Below, one piece after another: positions 30,661 to 34,864 of a stretch of 34,864 nt of DNA. Source of the DNA: a virus; the IMG/VR virus record IMGVR_UViG_3300045988_013397, positions 1 to 34,864 of that record; one strand, written 5' to 3'. Position 1 is the stretch's first letter. Each line of letters begins with the position of its first letter. Position numbers and translations under genes: made by a program. The notes under the pieces were generated by a model. The model was not told the origin of the DNA, did no database searches, and worked only from the letters and a program-made list of their open reading frames with translations.

Positions 30661-32340
30661 CTAGATTACTTGGATGCCAACACCGCCATCACCTAGCACA
30701 TAATCCTGCTGGAGTAAGTACATGGCGTTTATAAGGCTGACTACCATATCGACTTTGCCCTTCGATTTCTTCTTGTGGACATAAAGATTCATGTTTGAAT
30801 CGTAAGTGCATCGGGCATTCTGAAAGTTAATCTCAAGCAAGCGGTTCGGCGCATACGCGAATTCTCCCTTGAGTATCTTCTCCTTGAGCCATTTGGTAGG
30901 CGGATGAAGCACCGAGCTATGCTGTCGAATCTCGACAGTGTTGTATCCCGCTTCATCCAGCTTCTGCGCTGTAGACATGGCATTCCACCGGTCATAGCCG
31001 ATGGCTTGGATATGCACGCCGTACTTGTCCTCAATGCCGAGTATCCAATCCTCCACGGCTTTATAATCGATGATCTTGTCGCCACAAGCAATGCACTTCC
31101 CGGCATGGATATACTCACGGTAGTCGATTTTCTCATAAGCGTTCTTTTCATCGATACGATCAGCAGGGATAAAAGCCACAGAATCAGCCAATACCGTCCC
31201 GTCATCGTCCACGCTCACCATCGACACCGAAGTGTTATCGTTGGTCATGGACAAGTCAAGCCCCAGATACACCGTGCGCCCCTGCCAGTCGATATGGCTG
31301 ACCTTGCACGCTTGCACATCAGCCACGTCCACGTAAGTCTCCGTGCCCTGCCCTTGGTAAATAATATTACAGTGCTTGGTCAGGAAATTCTCACGCGCCG
31401 ATTCGACAGCGATAGCATACGCACGCTTCTTCTTCAAGTCCTCCCAGATCTCCGGAATCTCTAGAGATACCGGGTTAGCTTGGCGCAGCACAAGGTCATC
31501 ATCCATCCAGTTCTTCGTCTCGTCAGGCTCATAAAGCAGCGAGAATCGCGTCTCGTCCTCAATCAAGCCATCAAGCACCTTCTTACAATATCCGACTTCA
31601 TCCTCAAAAGGATTGTCAATAGTCGGGTACTTGGTGCTGATGATAAATCCGAGCTTGTTGAGGATGTTGAGCTGTCCAGATCTCATGGCTTCGATAGCAT
31701 ATGATGTCGGCAGTGCCCCCACCTCGTCGGCACAGAAGGCGTTAGGCAAGCGCCCATCCATACGGCTAGTCGAATAACTCAAAGGAATGTACGTAGTGCT
31801 CAATGGCTTGAACGTGATTGAATCGCGTAGAATCTTCCACCTAGCCACGTCCTTGAACGCATACACGTCTGGCGAGCTTTTAAGCGTCTCCGAGATAGCC
31901 TCACGCACCTCACGGCTAAGAGTACCGTCAGGGGCTACACTGTAGAATTTCGAGAATCGCGGCTCCGTGAGAAACAGCAGAATGAAAATCGTAGCGATAG
32001 TATACGTCTTGAAATTTTTACGCGCGATCTCAAGCACACACGTCTCGTACTTCCGCTTCGCCGGATTATCACGCCGCACAGTGCAAAGAGTGGCGATATA
32101 GAAAAGCCATTGATATCCGGTAGTGCAATCGTACAATGATTGCCCGGCACGCAAGCCCTTCGGCATACGCAACACCTTGAGAATCGCGTACAATTGCTTC
32201 ACCTTGCGTCGGCTCACGAAATAAGTCTCGTCCTTGCCATCGCAAATATCAATCCACGCTTGCATCTGCTTACGAACATACTTCGGCGTGGTCGGCTTAT
32301 CGATGCACTCAATGCAGAACTCGTATCCCTTATTCTTCAT
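30661..32340 (-). CDS. terL: Terminase large subunit (Terminase_1 family)
   Basis: Track ORF 30661-32364. The ATG at 32340 has GAGGA 8 nt upstream; ATGs at 32346, 32349 and 32364 are alternatives. The position after TerS and overall sequence resemble the Terminase_1 family by eye; no ATPase or nuclease motif was individually located. Confidence 0.95.
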   Translation of the reverse strand: MKNKGYEFCIECIDKPTTPKYVRKQMQAWIDICDGKDETYFVSRRKVKQLYAILKVLRMPKGLRAGQSLYDCTTGYQWLFYIATLCTVRRDNPAKRKYETCVLEIARKNFKTYTIATIFILLFLTEPRFSKFYSVAPDGTLSREVREAISETLKSSPDVYAFKDVARWKILRDSITFKPLSTTYIPLSYSTSRMDGRLPNAFCADEVGALPTSYAIEAMRSGQLNILNKLGFIISTKYPTIDNPFEDEVGYCKKVLDGLIEDETRFSLLYEPDETKNWMDDDLVLRQANPVSLEIPEIWEDLKKKRAYAIAVESARENFLTKHCNIIYQGQGTETYVDVADVQACKVSHIDWQGRTVYLGLDLSMTNDNTSVSMVSVDDDGTVLADSVAFIPADRIDEKNAYEKIDYREYIHAGKCIACGDKIIDYKAVEDWILGIEDKYGVHIQAIGYDRWNAMSTAQKLDEAGYNTVEIRQHSSVLHPPTKWLKEKILKGEFAYAPNRLLEINFQNARCTYDSNMNLYVHKKKSKGKVDMVVSLINAMYLLQQDYVLGDGGVGIQVI

Positions 32341-32713
32341 CGTCATCATCCTCGGTTTCGCCATTAATCAACGCAAGCAGCGGGTCAACATCCCCGCCAT
32401 CACGCTCAGCGTCAGACTTGCCGAAACCTTGAATGATCTTCATAAGGGTTGTGACAGTGCGGTTGGCGCTGTCAGTGGTCGTATTGTATTCACGAACAGC
32501 CGGGTTAGTGTAAAGGTTCTTGCGTCCTTTCACATACTCCTTCTTCACCAGCATACCGTCTTGCTCAATCGACTTTTCCAAGTCGTTGAGAATCTTGATT
32601 TGCACTTGATAGCGTTTAAAGGTGGTGACAAAGAAGAAATTAGTCTGGACACCTGTTTCCTCGGCTATTTGCAGAATCTCGACAGCCTGTTCCTGAAGAT
32701 TCTTGACACCCAT
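32330..32713 (-). CDS. terS: Terminase small subunit (P27 family)
   Basis: Track ORF trimmed to the ATG at 32713, which overlaps the MetK-like stop as TGATG; the ATG at 32728 is an alternative. YTNPAVREYNTTTDSANRTVTTLMKI and an acidic C-terminus are typical of P27 TerS. Confidence 0.8.
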   Translation of the reverse strand: MGVKNLQEQAVEILQIAEETGVQTNFFFVTTFKRYQVQIKILNDLEKSIEQDGMLVKKEYVKGRKNLYTNPAVREYNTTTDSANRTVTTLMKIIQGFGKSDAERDGGDVDPLLALINGETEDDDDEE

Positions 32714-33543
32714 CAGAACAACCCCCATTCCGCAAGCTTCTCGAAACCGCCGACAGTATCGAAAACATAGTCCCGCGCGATCCGCACGATATCGGCATAG
32801 GGTACGCCGTCCACCTCGCGATCGCCAATGGCACAGCATAGTGAGACAACCTCACCCGTCTTCTGTGCGAGAAGATGCGCATAGATATTCACCGAAACGT
32901 CCGCCTTGCTCAGGTCTTTTCCGTGCAAGCCGCCACCAGTCACAGCGTCACCCATGTCGGAACCGAGCTTGCGATTCGTCGCGCCCGTGTCCACATCTGT
33001 GCCACCAGTCCACGAGCCAAGAGGATTCACGATGACCTGATATCCGGAAGGATTACGCCCGCAAACCTCAAGCCCCTTTGCAATGCGCCCGGTGAGCTCC
33101 TTGTCATCGGCGCATGACTGACAGGCGATGAACTTCCCGTCAGTCATGACGAACTTCCCATCGGTCGGATACTCCTCGTAAAGCGACCGCACGATCCGGG
33201 AAATGTCCTTCTGCTCGCGAGTTAGCGGCACGCCCTTGAAAATGCCATTGTCGCCGCACTTGATGCCGTCCGACTGGTTATCGGCAAGGTGCGGGTCTTG
33301 AGGCACTTCCTTGTAATCAATCTCGATGCCATCAACTCCAGTGATGCGACTCACAACACTTCTGATGACAGCGTCCGGAATCGGCACACTAGTCTCCGCG
33401 ATTACATGGCACACGCCATGCCCGATAAGCACCTCGACAGCGATACGAGGTGACATATCAAGTTCATACGCATAATCTACGAGAGCACCAGCAATCCTGT
33501 CAGCCACCTTGTCAGGATGACTTGGATTAACTTTTTCAATCAT
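32713..33543 (-). CDS. metK: Truncated methionine adenosyltransferase (MetK-like SAM synthetase), 276 aa
   Basis: Track ORF 32713-33666 trimmed to the ATG at 33543 behind GGAGGATTGATAAGA. Motifs [39 protein letters not shown] and [16 protein letters not shown] are colinear with E. coli MetK motifs. Confidence 0.8.
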   Translation of the reverse strand: [276 protein letters not shown]

Positions 33544-33548
33544 TCTTA

Positions 33549-34745
33549 TCAATCCTCCACTTTCACAGCTTCCATGCCAGTAAGCGTCTCCCACCTGTCG
33601 ACAATCACGTCGGCATACTTCGGATCGTACTCCATAACTCGCGCCCTGCGCCCATTCTGCTCGCACGCGATAATAGTCGTGCCACTGCCACCGAACAGGT
33701 CTAAAACGACATCGTTCTTCGCGCTGCTGTTGCGAATCTGATAGTCGAACAATCCGACCGGCTTCATCGTCGGATGCAGGTCGGCCTTTGTCGGCCTATC
33801 CAAATCAATGACAGTAGTCTGCTTCCTGTCACCGTACCAGTTATGAGAGCCAGTCCCCTTCCAACCGTAAAGACACGGCTCATGCTTCCACTGGTAATCC
33901 TGCCACCCACATGACGGGCGGTTCTTATTCCAAATCAGCTCCTGCTTGACTGTAAGCCCCGCATCCTCGATGGTAGTTACGAAATTCACGACCTCCTTGC
34001 TCGCATACCAGACATAGAACGCCGCCCCGTCAGCCATCACATCGTAGGCATTGCCAAACGCTGCGAGAAGGAAATCATGGAAGACACCGGAATCCATGCT
34101 ATCATTCTCGATTTTCATAGCCTTGGCGCTCTTGCCAGTGTAATCGACATTGTAAGGCGGATCAGTGATAAGAAGCGCAGCGCTCTCACCACCTCCTGCC
34201 TGCATGAGCTTGCGAACATCATCCGATTTCGTACTGTCACCGCACATCAAGATATGGTTGCCGAGCCTGTACACATCGCCCAGCTTCGTCACCGGTTCAG
34301 CTGGCGGCTCGGGAACATCCTCGTCAGCATCACTACCAGCCAAATCACTGCCAATGCCAAGATCGCCAAGGTCTACATCGTCGAAACCGAAATCACTCAT
34401 GTCAATGTCATCTATGCCGTTAAGCTCGATATCCAACTTGCCCAAATCCCACTCGGCAAGCTCAGCCGTCTTGTTATCCGCAAGACGAAACGCCTTCACC
34501 TGCTCGGGCGTGAGATCATCAGCGACGATGACAGGCACCTTATCCAAGCCCAGTTTCTTCGCAGCCTTCAACCTCGTGTGACCTGTGACGATAACACCGT
34601 CAGCATCAACGACAATGGGCACCTTGAAACCGAATTCCTTGATGGAAGCCGCCACAGCGTCCACCGCACCATCATTAATACGAGGATTATTAGCATACGG
34701 GTTCAAATCCGCTGCATTCCTGTATTCCACTTTCAGGTTGTCCAT
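33549..34745 (-). CDS. ParB-N-domain / DNA methyltransferase fusion (N6-adenine or N4-cytosine, DPPY type)
   Basis: ATG at 34745 behind AAAGGA; the track uses the TTG at 34754. N-terminal ParB-like box (NPRINDGAVDAVAASIKEFGF ... VTGHTRLKAAKKLG). Motif IV ITDPPYN. Motif I LDLFGGSGTT near the C-terminus. Confidence 0.9.
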   Translation of the reverse strand: MDNLKVEYRNAADLNPYANNPRINDGAVDAVAASIKEFGFKVPIVVDADGVIVTGHTRLKAAKKLGLDKVPVIVADDLTPEQVKAFRLADNKTAELAEWDLGKLDIELNGIDDIDMSDFGFDDVDLGDLGIGSDLAGSDADEDVPEPPAEPVTKLGDVYRLGNHILMCGDSTKSDDVRKLMQAGGGESAALLITDPPYNVDYTGKSAKAMKIENDSMDSGVFHDFLLAAFGNAYDVMADGAAFYVWYASKEVVNFVTTIEDAGLTVKQELIWNKNRPSCGWQDYQWKHEPCLYGWKGTGSHNWYGDRKQTTVIDLDRPTKADLHPTMKPVGLFDYQIRNSSAKNDVVLDLFGGSGTTIIACEQNGRRARVMEYDPKYADVIVDRWETLTGMEAVKVED

Positions 34746-34779
34746 GAATATCAATCCTTTCTATATCGTTTGCTTGGCA

Positions 34780-34864
34780 CCTAAATTTTTATCAAGCTTT
34801 ACCACGCTTTATTCAAGTTTATCAACGGTTTTCAGCACGTTATCGAGGGTTTTTCCAAAAAAAC
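34780..34864. repeat. Terminal direct repeat, right copy (identical to 1-85)
   Basis: See the left copy at 1-85. Confidence 0.9.

Noticed and set aside
33544-33666. N-terminal extensions of several track ORFs (32713-33666, 6022-6510, 5790-6179, 1346-1864, 4234-4566, 5551-5862, 7650-8498, 8925-9413, 15469-17202)
   Set aside because: The extensions overlap upstream genes or intergenic terminators and promoters, and they have no RBS. In each case an internal ATG sits 5-9 nt after a GGAGG-like RBS and coincides with the start of the recognisable domain.

Overview
This window is a complete, circularly closed temperate siphovirus-type phage genome. Bases 1-85 are identical to 34780-34864, so the unique length is 34,779 bp. 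GC is roughly 50% by eye. The host is probably Gram-positive and Firmicutes-like: strong GGAGG-type RBSs, DnaD/DnaC-type replication genes, Gp157, an LL-H-type holin and a GH25+LysM lysin. Nearly all genes are on the minus strand. Only an XRE-type repressor and a large serine integrase (11739-13524) are on the plus strand, diverging from a Cro-like gene across a 227-bp switch region. Reading the minus strand from 11511 downward: Cro-like, Gp157, ERF, SSB, dUTPase, DUF1064, a DnaD-like replisome organiser with internal iterons, a DnaC-like loader and a sigma-region-4-like regulator, then a clear terminator. About 20 small genes follow; two conserved promoter-like elements within this stretch each precede a very acidic miniprotein. 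These small genes include a DivIVA-domain miniprotein, a Lar-like protein, a YqaJ exonuclease and an HNH nuclease. Next come a holin cluster, a ~460-nt structured non-coding region and a terminase-associated HNH. Across the circular junction the order is ParB-domain methyltransferase, truncated MetK-like SAM synthetase, TerS, TerL, portal, protease, HK97-type capsid, connectors and major tail protein. It continues with a G/GT chaperone (classic -1 frameshift site), a GIY-YIG endonuclease, TMP, Dit, a BppU-like fibre, a NUMOD4-HNH endonuclease, a GH25-LysM endolysin, Tal, a collar-domain fibre and a candidate attP. Five things stand out most. (1) The methylase / mini-MetK pair sits in front of the terminase. 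(2) The lysis genes are scattered and the tail module is rearranged around a homing endonuclease. (3) Two conserved promoter-like elements each precede an acidic miniprotein. (4) There is a plus-strand terminator and possible sRNA in the large non-coding gap. (5) There is a perfect 19-bp palindrome next to the integrase gene. All family assignments were made by eye from motifs and synteny; no searches were run.
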